Positions 34,410-42,152 of a DNA stretch of 63,718 bases are shown one piece after another. The stretch comes from Eubacteriales bacterium (GTDB lineage: Bacteria; Bacillota; Clostridia; Oscillospirales; CAG-272), in contig JAZSEC010000061.1 in NCBI GenBank assembly GCA_045531485.1, positions 1-63,718 on the forward strand, read 5' to 3'. Below the pieces are notes generated by a model, which was given only the letters and a program-made list of their open reading frames with translations, was not told the DNA's origin and did no database searches. Each line of letters begins with the position of its first letter. Position 1 is the stretch's first letter. The translations under genes were made by a program, and so were the position numbers.

Positions 34410-35843
34410 ATGTTTAAGAACAAAACTAAAGCATCTAAGGGTGGACTTAAAACTAAGCATTGGATCGGCTATATGTTCGGCGACTTTGGCGGATGTATGA
34501 CCTTCGCCCTTATGGCGAGCATTTTCTCTATGTATTGCACCAACGTGCTTGGTGTAAATGCCACCGTAATGGGTGTACTTACTATTATCTGGACTATCTG
34601 GGATGCAGTAAACGATCCTATGATGGGTGCACTTATGGATAAGGCCTTTGCCCGTAAGCAGCATAAGGCAGGCAAGTTCCGTCCCTGGCTTCTTCGTGCA
34701 ACTCCCCTCCTTGCAATTACCGCAATTGCACTCTGGACCGTTCCTACTCTTCTTGACGGTATTCCTCTTCTCATAGCACTCTTCTCCTTCAAGATACTCT
34801 ATGAGGCGTCCTACACCATGTTTAACATTCCCATGGGCTCGCTTCTCTCGGCAATGTCGACCAACGACTCCGAGCGTGCATCTCTTTCCTCTGCAAGAGG
34901 CGTTGGCTCTATGTTTGGTAATATGATCCCCGGCATGATCGGTCCCGTCGTTATCGGTATGTTTGGCGAAAACAGATCCACAGGTTATATGATCACCGGT
35001 GTTGCCTGTGCTATCGGCGGCTTCGTGGTATGTCTTCTTCACTACCTTCTCACAGAGGAGAGAACTGTTGTTAACGAGGAAAGCAAGCCCGACGATATCA
35101 AGTTTACCGACATTCTTGAGGTTGTTAAGAAAAACCGTGCGTTTATCGCTCTTTGTATCCACGGCATCTGCATCTGCACCATGCAGTATCTTACAGAGAA
35201 TATCAGCATGTATATGTATTCTGCCGTATACCAGGACGTTACATATAAGACCATCGCGTCTGTTCTTTCCGCACCCTTCATGATCGGCTCTATGGTTGCC
35301 GTGCCCTTCATTTGTAAGAAGCTCGGCCTTGAGAAGCTTATCCGCTACTCCCTTCTTATCGGCGGTGCGATCTGCGGCGTGCTATTCATTATGCATCTCG
35401 TTATGGAAGTAGATCCTCTCGTTCACGGCGTTATTCTCGGCGTCGGCTCAGGTATGGCAATGGTATCCATCCAGATGCAGTGGGGTCTTGTCGGTGAGGC
35501 TATCGACTACAACGAGCTTATTACAGGTAAGCGTACCGAGGGCTCTATCTACGGTACCTTTAATCTTGCCCGCCGTATCGGTCAGACCGTAGGTCTTGGC
35601 TTCAGCTTCTTCGCACTCGACTGGATCGGCTATAATCCTCAGCTGGAGGCTCAGAGTGGCGGTACCATTTTCGGCTTCAAGATCCTCTGCGTTCTTGCTC
35701 CCGCACTTTGTATCCTCGGCTCTTGGGCAGCCTTTAAGTTCGTATGGAACATCACTCCCGAGATCCGTGAGAAGATGAACGCTATGAAGAAGGCAAAGGT
35801 TGGCGAGGCAGAGGCTGTCGTAACCGAAAATACCGAAGCATAA
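34410..35843 (+). CDS. MFS transporter, GPH:cation symporter family (second copy)
   Basis: WIGYMFGDFGG N-terminal motif. 12 TM helices. 477 aa. Confidence 0.8.
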   Translation: MFKNKTKASKGGLKTKHWIGYMFGDFGGCMTFALMASIFSMYCTNVLGVNATVMGVLTIIWTIWDAVNDPMMGALMDKAFARKQHKAGKFRPWLLRATPLLAITAIALWTVPTLLDGIPLLIALFSFKILYEASYTMFNIPMGSLLSAMSTNDSERASLSSARGVGSMFGNMIPGMIGPVVIGMFGENRSTGYMITGVACAIGGFVVCLLHYLLTEERTVVNEESKPDDIKFTDILEVVKKNRAFIALCIHGICICTMQYLTENISMYMYSAVYQDVTYKTIASVLSAPFMIGSMVAVPFICKKLGLEKLIRYSLLIGGAICGVLFIMHLVMEVDPLVHGVILGVGSGMAMVSIQMQWGLVGEAIDYNELITGKRTEGSIYGTFNLARRIGQTVGLGFSFFALDWIGYNPQLEAQSGGTIFGFKILCVLAPALCILGSWAAFKFVWNITPEIREKMNAMKKAKVGEAEAVVTENTEA

Positions 35844-35896
35844 TATACGCCTTCCGAAATTTAATTTCAGCACGACCAAAAGGCGTAAAACACACT

Positions 35897-35925
35897 ACCG
35901 TCTGCACGTTTTTCGTGCAGACGGT
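35897..35925 (+). terminator. Strong hairpin (possible partial terminator) between the GPH and esterase genes
   Basis: A 12-bp perfect stem ACCGTCTGCACG-TTTTT-CGTGCAGACGGT. The following T-tract is poor (CTTAT). Confidence 0.45.
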
Positions 35926-35944
35926 CTTATAAAAGGGAATTATT

Positions 35945-37279
35945 ATGGAAAAATTGATTACCACACCCTGCGGTGAGATTCGCGGTACGGACTGTCGTCT
36001 GCCCGGTGTCGTTGCCTTTAAGGGAATCCGCTTTGCTACGGCAGGCAGATGGGAATATCCCAGACTCGTCGAGAGCTGGGAGGGAGTTTACGACGCTACC
36101 AGATACGGCAACTGCTCCTATCAGCCAAGATCCTTCTATAACGAGGAGGAAAATCTTAAGAAGATATTCTACTACAACGAGTTCCGTCGCGGTGAGGAAT
36201 ATACCTACAGCGAGGACTGTCTGTTCCTTAACGTATGGACCCCCGCCGACGCAACCGAGGATAGTAGGCTGCCCGTAATCGTTTATATTCACGGTGGTGG
36301 ATATACCGGTGGCTGCGGTCACGAAAAGCATTTTGACGACCCCGTCTGGCCTACCAAGGGCGTGGTGGCTGTTACCGTTAACTATAGACTTGGCCCTCTG
36401 GGCTTCCTTTGTCTGCCCGAGCTGAAGGCCGAGGCAGGTCACACCGGTAATTACGGTCTTTACGATCAGCTTGCGGCACTGAAATGGGTGCAGAGAAATA
36501 TTGCAGCCTTTGGCGGTGATCCTGCCAAGGTGACTATTATGGGTCAGAGTGCCGGTGCCATGAGCGTACAGCAGCATTGCTTCAGCCCGCTTTCCGATGG
36601 GCTCTTTTCTGCGGCGGTTATGTCCAGCGGCTGCGGTATGAGTAATATGCTTATGACCACTCCCGATAAGGTGGCTCCCTTCTGGCAGGAGGTTATGAGG
36701 CGTTCGGGCTGCTCGACCCTTGCCGAGTTCCGTGCTATGCCTGTGGAGAGTCTGTTTGCTCAGTGGCAGGCGGCGAAGAAGGAGATCAAGGGCGGTATGA
36801 TGTCCACCACACCCGTAAAGGACGGATTTATGTTCGTCGAGGGTGCAAGTCCTAAGAAGATACCCTATCTCGTTGGCTCCAACAGTCACGATATGGCTCC
36901 TCCCATCCTTGCTTCTCTTGCAGGTAAATGGGGCAGAAAGGATAGGCTTCACAGCTATGCCTATCTCTTTGACAGAATGCTTCCCGGTGACAACTGCGGT
37001 GCATGGCATTCTGCCGATCTATGGTATTGGTTCGGCACGCTGGATAATTGCTGGCGTCCCATGGAGGAAAAGGACTATGCCTTAAGCGACATGATGACCA
37101 CCTATCTTTGCAATTTTGCTAAGGGTGGCGATCCCAACGGCGACGGCCAGCCTGCCTGGAGTCCCGTCCGCGAAGGAAAAAAGCTGCTCCTCCTTGGTGA
37201 AAAGCCTACTCGCATGGGCAGACCCAATATGCTGAAGCTCACCTTCACCATGCTCACCAACAAGGCAGTGGGTGAGTAA
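35945..37279 (+). CDS. Carboxylesterase/lipase family (type B) protein
   Basis: HGGGYTGG oxyanion region and GQSAGA nucleophile elbow. 444 aa. No signal peptide. Confidence 0.85.
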   Translation: MEKLITTPCGEIRGTDCRLPGVVAFKGIRFATAGRWEYPRLVESWEGVYDATRYGNCSYQPRSFYNEEENLKKIFYYNEFRRGEEYTYSEDCLFLNVWTPADATEDSRLPVIVYIHGGGYTGGCGHEKHFDDPVWPTKGVVAVTVNYRLGPLGFLCLPELKAEAGHTGNYGLYDQLAALKWVQRNIAAFGGDPAKVTIMGQSAGAMSVQQHCFSPLSDGLFSAAVMSSGCGMSNMLMTTPDKVAPFWQEVMRRSGCSTLAEFRAMPVESLFAQWQAAKKEIKGGMMSTTPVKDGFMFVEGASPKKIPYLVGSNSHDMAPPILASLAGKWGRKDRLHSYAYLFDRMLPGDNCGAWHSADLWYWFGTLDNCWRPMEEKDYALSDMMTTYLCNFAKGGDPNGDGQPAWSPVREGKKLLLLGEKPTRMGRPNMLKLTFTMLTNKAVGE

Positions 37280-37313
37280 ATAAAAAACCACAGCTCTCAA
37301 TTAAATAATTTAT

Positions 37314-37350
37314 CCCACCCTTGATTTTTACGAGGGTGGGTTTCCTTTTT
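37314..37350 (+). terminator. Intrinsic terminator
   Basis: CCCACCCT...AGGGTGGG hairpin followed by TTTCCTTTTT. Confidence 0.8.
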
Positions 37351-37429
37351 AAAAGTTTAATTTAGTTCATAAAAAGCATACAGGTTTGAAACATACTTAT
37401 GATAAAATAAAGGCGTAAGGAGGTAAAAT

Positions 37430-38194
37430 ATGGACAACAATGCTTTAATTGACAGAACCGCTGACAGAGTTATGAGAATGCTTTCCGTGGACACGGATCA
37501 GATCTATAATCATGCAAAAAGAATGATGTGGTCGGTGATAGAATATAAGGAGCTGCAGATGCTTTACACCTGTGCGATGAAGGAGATCACCACCAAGCTT
37601 GAGATACTCGACACCGAGTTTAAGGTAAGGTATAAGAGAAATCCTATAAGCTCCATCACCCATCGCCTTAAAAGGACCGAGAGCATTATGGAAAAAATGG
37701 CCCGCCGCGGCTATCCAATGACTATTGAGAGCATAGAAAGCAACCTTAACGATATAGCCGGTGTCAGAGTGATCTGCACCTACGTTGACGACATTTATGC
37801 AATTGCTGACTCGCTTCTAAATCAGGACGACGTTACGCTGATAGCAAGGAAGGATTATATAAAAGAGCCGAAATCCAACGGCTATCGCAGTCTGCATCTC
37901 ATAGTATCCATACCGGTATTTCTCTCTGAGAGCAGAAAAAGCGTTAAGGTGGAGGTACAGATCCGTACCGTAGCTATGGATTATTGGGCTAGTCTTGAGC
38001 ATCAGATGAAATATAAAAAGGAAATACCAAACGCCGATGACGTTGGCAGGGAGCTTCGCCTGGTTGCCGAAACAATGGCAGAAACCGACAGACGTATGCT
38101 ACAGCTTCGCCGCCGCATTGAGCTTGCCGAGGACGTAAAGAGCGAGGAGGACGAGCTTTTGGATCGCCTTGGCAGATTAGGGCTTCCGCTGTAA
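37430..38194 (+). CDS. Small alarmone synthetase (RelP/RelQ-type GTP pyrophosphokinase)
   Basis: DIAGVRVICTY, KSNGYRSLHLIV and EVQIRTVAMDYWASLEH synthetase motifs. There is no hydrolase domain. Confidence 0.9.
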   Translation: MDNNALIDRTADRVMRMLSVDTDQIYNHAKRMMWSVIEYKELQMLYTCAMKEITTKLEILDTEFKVRYKRNPISSITHRLKRTESIMEKMARRGYPMTIESIESNLNDIAGVRVICTYVDDIYAIADSLLNQDDVTLIARKDYIKEPKSNGYRSLHLIVSIPVFLSESRKSVKVEVQIRTVAMDYWASLEHQMKYKKEIPNADDVGRELRLVAETMAETDRRMLQLRRRIELAEDVKSEEDELLDRLGRLGLPL

Positions 38195-38346
38195 AAATAT
38201 CTATTTACCCCTTGAAATCCGAGAAAAATAGGCTTATAATAGTAAATGCAACCGATAGTTGCATAATTGAAAACCAGAAAGTATGGAAAAACAAGTGGGT
38301 TTTTGCTACAATAAAGCTACAAAATCTACTTGAAGGGGAAAAACCT

Positions 38347-39033
38347 ATGACAATTGAAACTGCTAACAGATTATTTGAACTGAGGAAAAAGCACGGTCTC
38401 TCGCAGGAGGAGCTTGCCGAAAAGCTTGGCGTTTCTCGCCAGGCGGTGTCTAAATGGGAGAGAAGCGAGGCGTCACCCGATACGGATAACCTTATTGCCC
38501 TCGCTAAAATATACGACCTTTCTCTTGACGAGCTTATCTACGGTGAGAAGGAATGTACTGAAAATAATGATACGTCCAGCCAAAATGCTGACAAAAACGA
38601 GGAAAATACAGATAATAAGGATTCAGTAACTATTGAGGGCAAGCTGGTTTTGGATAAGCCTGACACCAAGAGCACAAAATTCTGGCTTGAAGTTCCTTAT
38701 CCTATCATCTGTACCGTTCTTTATCTTCTCTTCGGCTTCCTGGATATTCTCGGTGGCTGGCATCCCGCCTGGATAATCTTCGTGACCATACCCGTTTACT
38801 ATTCGCTGGTTGAGGCAATATATAAGAGAAAATTCTCGGTGTTCAATTATGCCGTGCTTACCGCGGTCATCTATCTTGTACTCGGCTGCTATTTCGGAAA
38901 TTGGCATCCGTCCTGGCTCGTTTTTATAACCGTTCCTATCTATTATCCTATCGCTACTGCACTTGATAAGAAGATTCACGGTGATGCATACGTCGAGGAT
39001 GATGACGATGATGAGGATGACGACGATGAATAA
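38347..39033 (+). CDS. XRE-family HTH protein with C-terminal 4-TM domain and poly-acidic tail
   Basis: LSQEELAEKLGVSRQAVSKWE HTH. Start moved to MTIETANRL (38347). The hydrophobic C-terminal half ends in EDDDDDEDDDDE. Confidence 0.75.
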   Translation: MTIETANRLFELRKKHGLSQEELAEKLGVSRQAVSKWERSEASPDTDNLIALAKIYDLSLDELIYGEKECTENNDTSSQNADKNEENTDNKDSVTIEGKLVLDKPDTKSTKFWLEVPYPIICTVLYLLFGFLDILGGWHPAWIIFVTIPVYYSLVEAIYKRKFSVFNYAVLTAVIYLVLGCYFGNWHPSWLVFITVPIYYPIATALDKKIHGDAYVEDDDDDEDDDDE

Positions 39034-39038
39034 ATAAT

Positions 39039-39077
39039 AAAAAACCACCCAAGGCTTGTGCTAAGGGTGGTTTTTGT
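39039..39077. terminator. Bidirectional intrinsic terminator
   Basis: CCACCC-N14-GGGTGG hairpin between an A-run and a T-run, flanked by convergent genes. Confidence 0.75.
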
Positions 39078-39105
39078 TATGTTAAGTTTACAAAAAGTGG
39101 TATTT

Positions 39106-40806
39106 TTATCTGTAGAAGGTGTTTCCGCCGATAAATTCACGCACCAAGGATGTGGGAGGAATTTCAAAATCCACCTCTGCCTCATGCACGAAGTTCAGCA
39201 CCTTTACGATAGATCTTACCTGGTCGTAGCACTCGTCGGAGGGAGATATCTCGGTGAGAAGCGGGAAAATGTGCTTCTTCAGTACGGCGATCTCATAGAG
39301 AGTGGAGCTGTTGAACATCACGTCGGCATTCTCCTGGAAGGGATAGATCCATCTCTCCTCGCCCGCTCTTACCGACTGCCACATATCGAGGGTGTGGGCA
39401 ACCGACGCACCGCGGGTTTCGTAATCTCTTACGATTCGGCGAAGAAGCCTCAGATAGCTTGAGGGAATACGGTTGTGGTTATCAAGGTTAAGGGGAAGCA
39501 GGGGTGTTACGAAAAGACGGAACACAAGGTTACTGTCAAGTCCCTCGGGAAGAAGGACGGGGTTCATAGCGTGCAGACCCTCTACGATAATAACCGATTT
39601 TTCATCAAGACGAAGCTTGTGACCAAGCCATTCGCGGCGACCACGCTTGAAATTAAAGGAAGGAAGCTCAACCTCCTCGCCTGAGAGCAGTGCCTGAAGA
39701 TGCTGACCGAAAAGATCGGTATCAATGGTGTTAATATGCTCAAGATCCACCTTACCGTCCGGGCCGGGAGCGATCTTATCACGGTCAACGTAATAGTCGT
39801 CAAGGCTCATAAGTATTGGCTTTTTACCGTGAACGCGAAGCTGAATGGAAAGTCTGTTAGCCGAGGTGGTCTTACCCGACGAGCTGGGACCTGCCAGCAT
39901 AACCGCCTTAACGCCTCTTTCGCATATCTGATCGGCAATAGCGGAAAATCTCTTCTCGTGGAGAGCCTCATTTATACGAACAAGCTCTCTGATCTTGCCG
40001 TTGTCAACAAGCTCGTTGAGGTCTGCTACGGTTTCGCATTCCATCAGCTCGCCCCATTCCTTACCCTCGTTACAAACTGCAAAGAGGTTAGGCTGCTCCT
40101 TATACTGAGAAACGCGGTCGGGACTCTTTTTCTGCGGGAATACGAAGATAAAGCCCTCCTCCGCCTCAAGAATATCGTAGGAACGGAGATATCCCGTGGA
40201 GGGTGCAACCTCACCGTAGAAGTAGTCGGCAAAATCGCCGTGGCTATACACGTCAAAGGTGGGCGTTGTACGGTAGCTGAGCAGACGTGCCTTATCCTCA
40301 AGGCCGTTGTCCTTGTAATATTTTATAGCCTCCTCGGTGGTGATCCTGTGACGGAGCAGGGGAATGTTCTCGTCAACGATCCTGTCCACTCTCTCGCGTA
40401 GCACGTCTGCAGAGAAATCCTCCGCACCGCTTACCTTTACGTACAGACCCGAGCCTACAGTAAAGCTCATGGTTGCCTCTGCATTGGGCCAGAGCTGCTC
40501 GATGGCAAGGAAAAGCACGAACTGTGCGGTTCTGGTATAAACCTCCGCACCCGCCGCATCTGTATATCTCACCAGGCGAACCACACCGTCAGAGCCGATC
40601 ATAGCCTCTCTTACGTATTCGGTATTATCCTTTACGTCCTTTTCGCGAAGGGGAATATAGTTAAGTGTAAAAATATCTCCGCCAATCTTTGCGGCAATAG
40701 GGTCGGTGGACAGCTTTCCCGTCACAAGACCCAGATCCTTTATCATATCAAGCAGGGATTGACCCGGCTTTACCGTAACCTGATGGCCATCTATAACAAG
40801 CTTCAT
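39106..40806 (-). CDS. Nucleoside (uridine-kinase/PRK family) kinase fused to N-terminal TGS/ThrRS-like domains
   Basis: Walker A (AGPSSSGKTT) and an LDDYY...IVEGLHA uridine-kinase-type core in the C-terminal half. The N-terminal segment is beta-grasp-like. It starts 3 nt after the upstream stop. Confidence 0.7.
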   Translation of the reverse strand: MKLVIDGHQVTVKPGQSLLDMIKDLGLVTGKLSTDPIAAKIGGDIFTLNYIPLREKDVKDNTEYVREAMIGSDGVVRLVRYTDAAGAEVYTRTAQFVLFLAIEQLWPNAEATMSFTVGSGLYVKVSGAEDFSADVLRERVDRIVDENIPLLRHRITTEEAIKYYKDNGLEDKARLLSYRTTPTFDVYSHGDFADYFYGEVAPSTGYLRSYDILEAEEGFIFVFPQKKSPDRVSQYKEQPNLFAVCNEGKEWGELMECETVADLNELVDNGKIRELVRINEALHEKRFSAIADQICERGVKAVMLAGPSSSGKTTSANRLSIQLRVHGKKPILMSLDDYYVDRDKIAPGPDGKVDLEHINTIDTDLFGQHLQALLSGEEVELPSFNFKRGRREWLGHKLRLDEKSVIIVEGLHAMNPVLLPEGLDSNLVFRLFVTPLLPLNLDNHNRIPSSYLRLLRRIVRDYETRGASVAHTLDMWQSVRAGEERWIYPFQENADVMFNSSTLYEIAVLKKHIFPLLTEISPSDECYDQVRSIVKVLNFVHEAEVDFEIPPTSLVREFIGGNTFYR

Positions 40807-40809
40807 ATC

Positions 40810-41109
40810 TTAAACCTTCTTTCCTTCATCTTCTTTATCGTATGCAGCTTCGGTTGCTAAGTTGCCTTTGCCGCCCGATTTTCTTTCTGCCAGTATCTGT
40901 CTTACCAGCTGAACACTGTTGATAGCAATAAGCACGGTGTTAAGCACGACCACGGGCATGGTATTGACAAAAATAGCGTATATAAGGCTTATCAGACCGC
41001 CCGCCATATTGATACCACGCAGCCACTTTATATCCTTCATAAAGAAGGAGAGAATAACCAGGGCGGTGCCAAAGTAACCGAAAATTTCAAGGGCAATTTT
41101 AGGATCCAT
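40810..41109 (-). CDS. 99-aa three-TM membrane protein (SemiSWEET/PQ-loop/YgjV-sized half-transporter, tentative)
   Basis: Three hydrophobic helices. GGAGG RBS. It is the first gene behind the purine riboswitch. The family was assigned by topology and size only. Confidence 0.45.
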   Translation of the reverse strand: MDPKIALEIFGYFGTALVILSFFMKDIKWLRGINMAGGLISLIYAIFVNTMPVVVLNTVLIAINSVQLVRQILAERKSGGKGNLATEAAYDKEDEGKKV

Positions 41110-41127
41110 AAAAACAAAAAACCTCCA

Positions 41128-41226
41128 AAAACAAAATCAACTACTCATTCGGTAGTCAACCATTTTCGGCGGTTTGTAGAAACGCTTGCCCATATCGCAA
41201 TCATATACCAGAAATCTAATTTAGCG
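41128..41226 (-). promoter_or_regulatory. Purine riboswitch, guanine-type (C at the specificity position), with terminator overlapping the aptamer
   Basis: Minus-strand RNA: GGUA-UAU-GAUUGC-GAUAUGG-GCAAGC-GUUUCUAC-AAACC-GCCGAAAAU-GGUUG-AC-UACC. L2 (GAUAUGG) and J2/3 (GUUUCUAC) are identical to the B. subtilis xpt aptamer as I remember it, and L3 matches at 7 of 9 positions. The terminator GGUUGACUAC-CGAAUGA-GUAGUUGAUU plus UUGUUUUU (41161-41127) reuses the P3 and P1 3' strands. Confidence 0.8.
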
Positions 41227-41232
41227 TAGGCT

Positions 41233-41261
41233 ATTATATCACATTACATACAAAATATCAA
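41233..41261 (-). promoter_or_regulatory. Sigma-A promoter of the riboswitch operon
   Basis: On the minus strand: TTGATA (41261-41256), 17-nt spacer, TATAAT (41238-41233). Confidence 0.65.
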
Positions 41262-41301
41262 GGTTTTTGTGTAAAATTTGTAAATATTGTTAAATTCTTA
41301 C

Positions 41302-41334
41302 AAATAAAAAGGGCAGAGCATAAAATCTCTACCC
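41302..41334 (-). terminator. Intrinsic terminator after the adhE-kinase operon
   Basis: Minus-strand GGGUAGAG-N8-CUCUGCCC followed by U5. Confidence 0.8.
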
Positions 41335-41399
41335 TTCATTTTGTTTATTTTGGTTAAAACCATTCACCGCCGAGCAGTTAAAATCTGTCGCTTATTATT

Positions 41400-42149
41400 T
41401 TACTGCCAATCAACAACGCCTACCCAGGACATAAGGAAATCACGCTCGTCGGGATTACCCTTTACCGACTGGGATGCGGCAACGATGGGCATCCATTTCT
41501 GTACGTACTGGCGTGCGGTGTCACTCTTTCTGCAGAAGAGGTCAAGGTAGCTCTCTGCCGCCTCATCGTCACCCGAAAGCCTGAAGGTCAGGTAGGTTCT
41601 CGCAGCATCTGCGGATGCATTTCCCTGGGTCGCATGTGCCCAGTCGATAACGTATGCTCTGTCATCCTCGGTAATAATGATATTCGAGGGACAAAGATCG
41701 CCGTGAAGAAGCTTATTGTGCTTAGGCATTCCCTCAAGGCGGGTGTGAAGCTCGTATCTTACGGTAGCATCAATGCTTGACGAGGAAATCTTTCTGTGCA
41801 TCTTGTCCTTAAGCTTGGTAAGCAGGGGACACTTATGAGCGTGAATAGCGAGCTGAATATCAACCAGCCTCTCGATATACTCATTTTTTCTTTCGGGATG
41901 CTCCTTCATCATCTGGGAAAGAGTCTTGCCCTCGATAAAATCTGTGGTGATCGCCCACTTGCCGTCTATTGTGTTTACTGCCAGAATGCTCGGAATATTG
42001 AGGCCGGTTTCCTCCACTCTTGCCTGGTTAAGTGCCTCGTTCAGCACGTCAGCCTTGGAGAAATCCTCGGCAAAAACCTTTATACATCTGTCGCCGTCGC
42101 GGTAGATCGTCTTATTTTTTCTTTCTGCAATAATATTGTCGAATTTCAT
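41400..42149 (-). CDS. Aminoglycoside/choline-kinase-like phosphotransferase (APH) family protein
   Basis: HGDLCPSNIII (HxDxxxxN catalytic loop) and VIDWAHA (metal-binding D). 249 aa. It starts 3 nt after the adhE stop. Confidence 0.75.
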   Translation of the reverse strand: MKFDNIIAERKNKTIYRDGDRCIKVFAEDFSKADVLNEALNQARVEETGLNIPSILAVNTIDGKWAITTDFIEGKTLSQMMKEHPERKNEYIERLVDIQLAIHAHKCPLLTKLKDKMHRKISSSSIDATVRYELHTRLEGMPKHNKLLHGDLCPSNIIITEDDRAYVIDWAHATQGNASADAARTYLTFRLSGDDEAAESYLDLFCRKSDTARQYVQKWMPIVAASQSVKGNPDERDFLMSWVGVVDWQ

Positions 42150-42152
42150 CTT

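Noticed and set aside
37430-39033. toxSAS toxin-antitoxin pair (alarmone synthetase plus adjacent small regulator)
   Set aside because: The synthetase matches housekeeping RelP/RelQ motifs throughout. The neighbour is a 228-aa membrane protein, unlike known toxSAS antitoxins. The two genes are not overlapping or tightly coupled (about 150 nt between the stop and the preferred start).
41127-41226. Fluoride (crcB-type) riboswitch, considered first because of AAACCGCC and the small membrane protein downstream
   Set aside because: The conserved GAUGG/UUC..CC elements of the fluoride aptamer are missing. The whole segment aligns far better to the purine three-way junction (L2, J2/3, L3 and J3/1).
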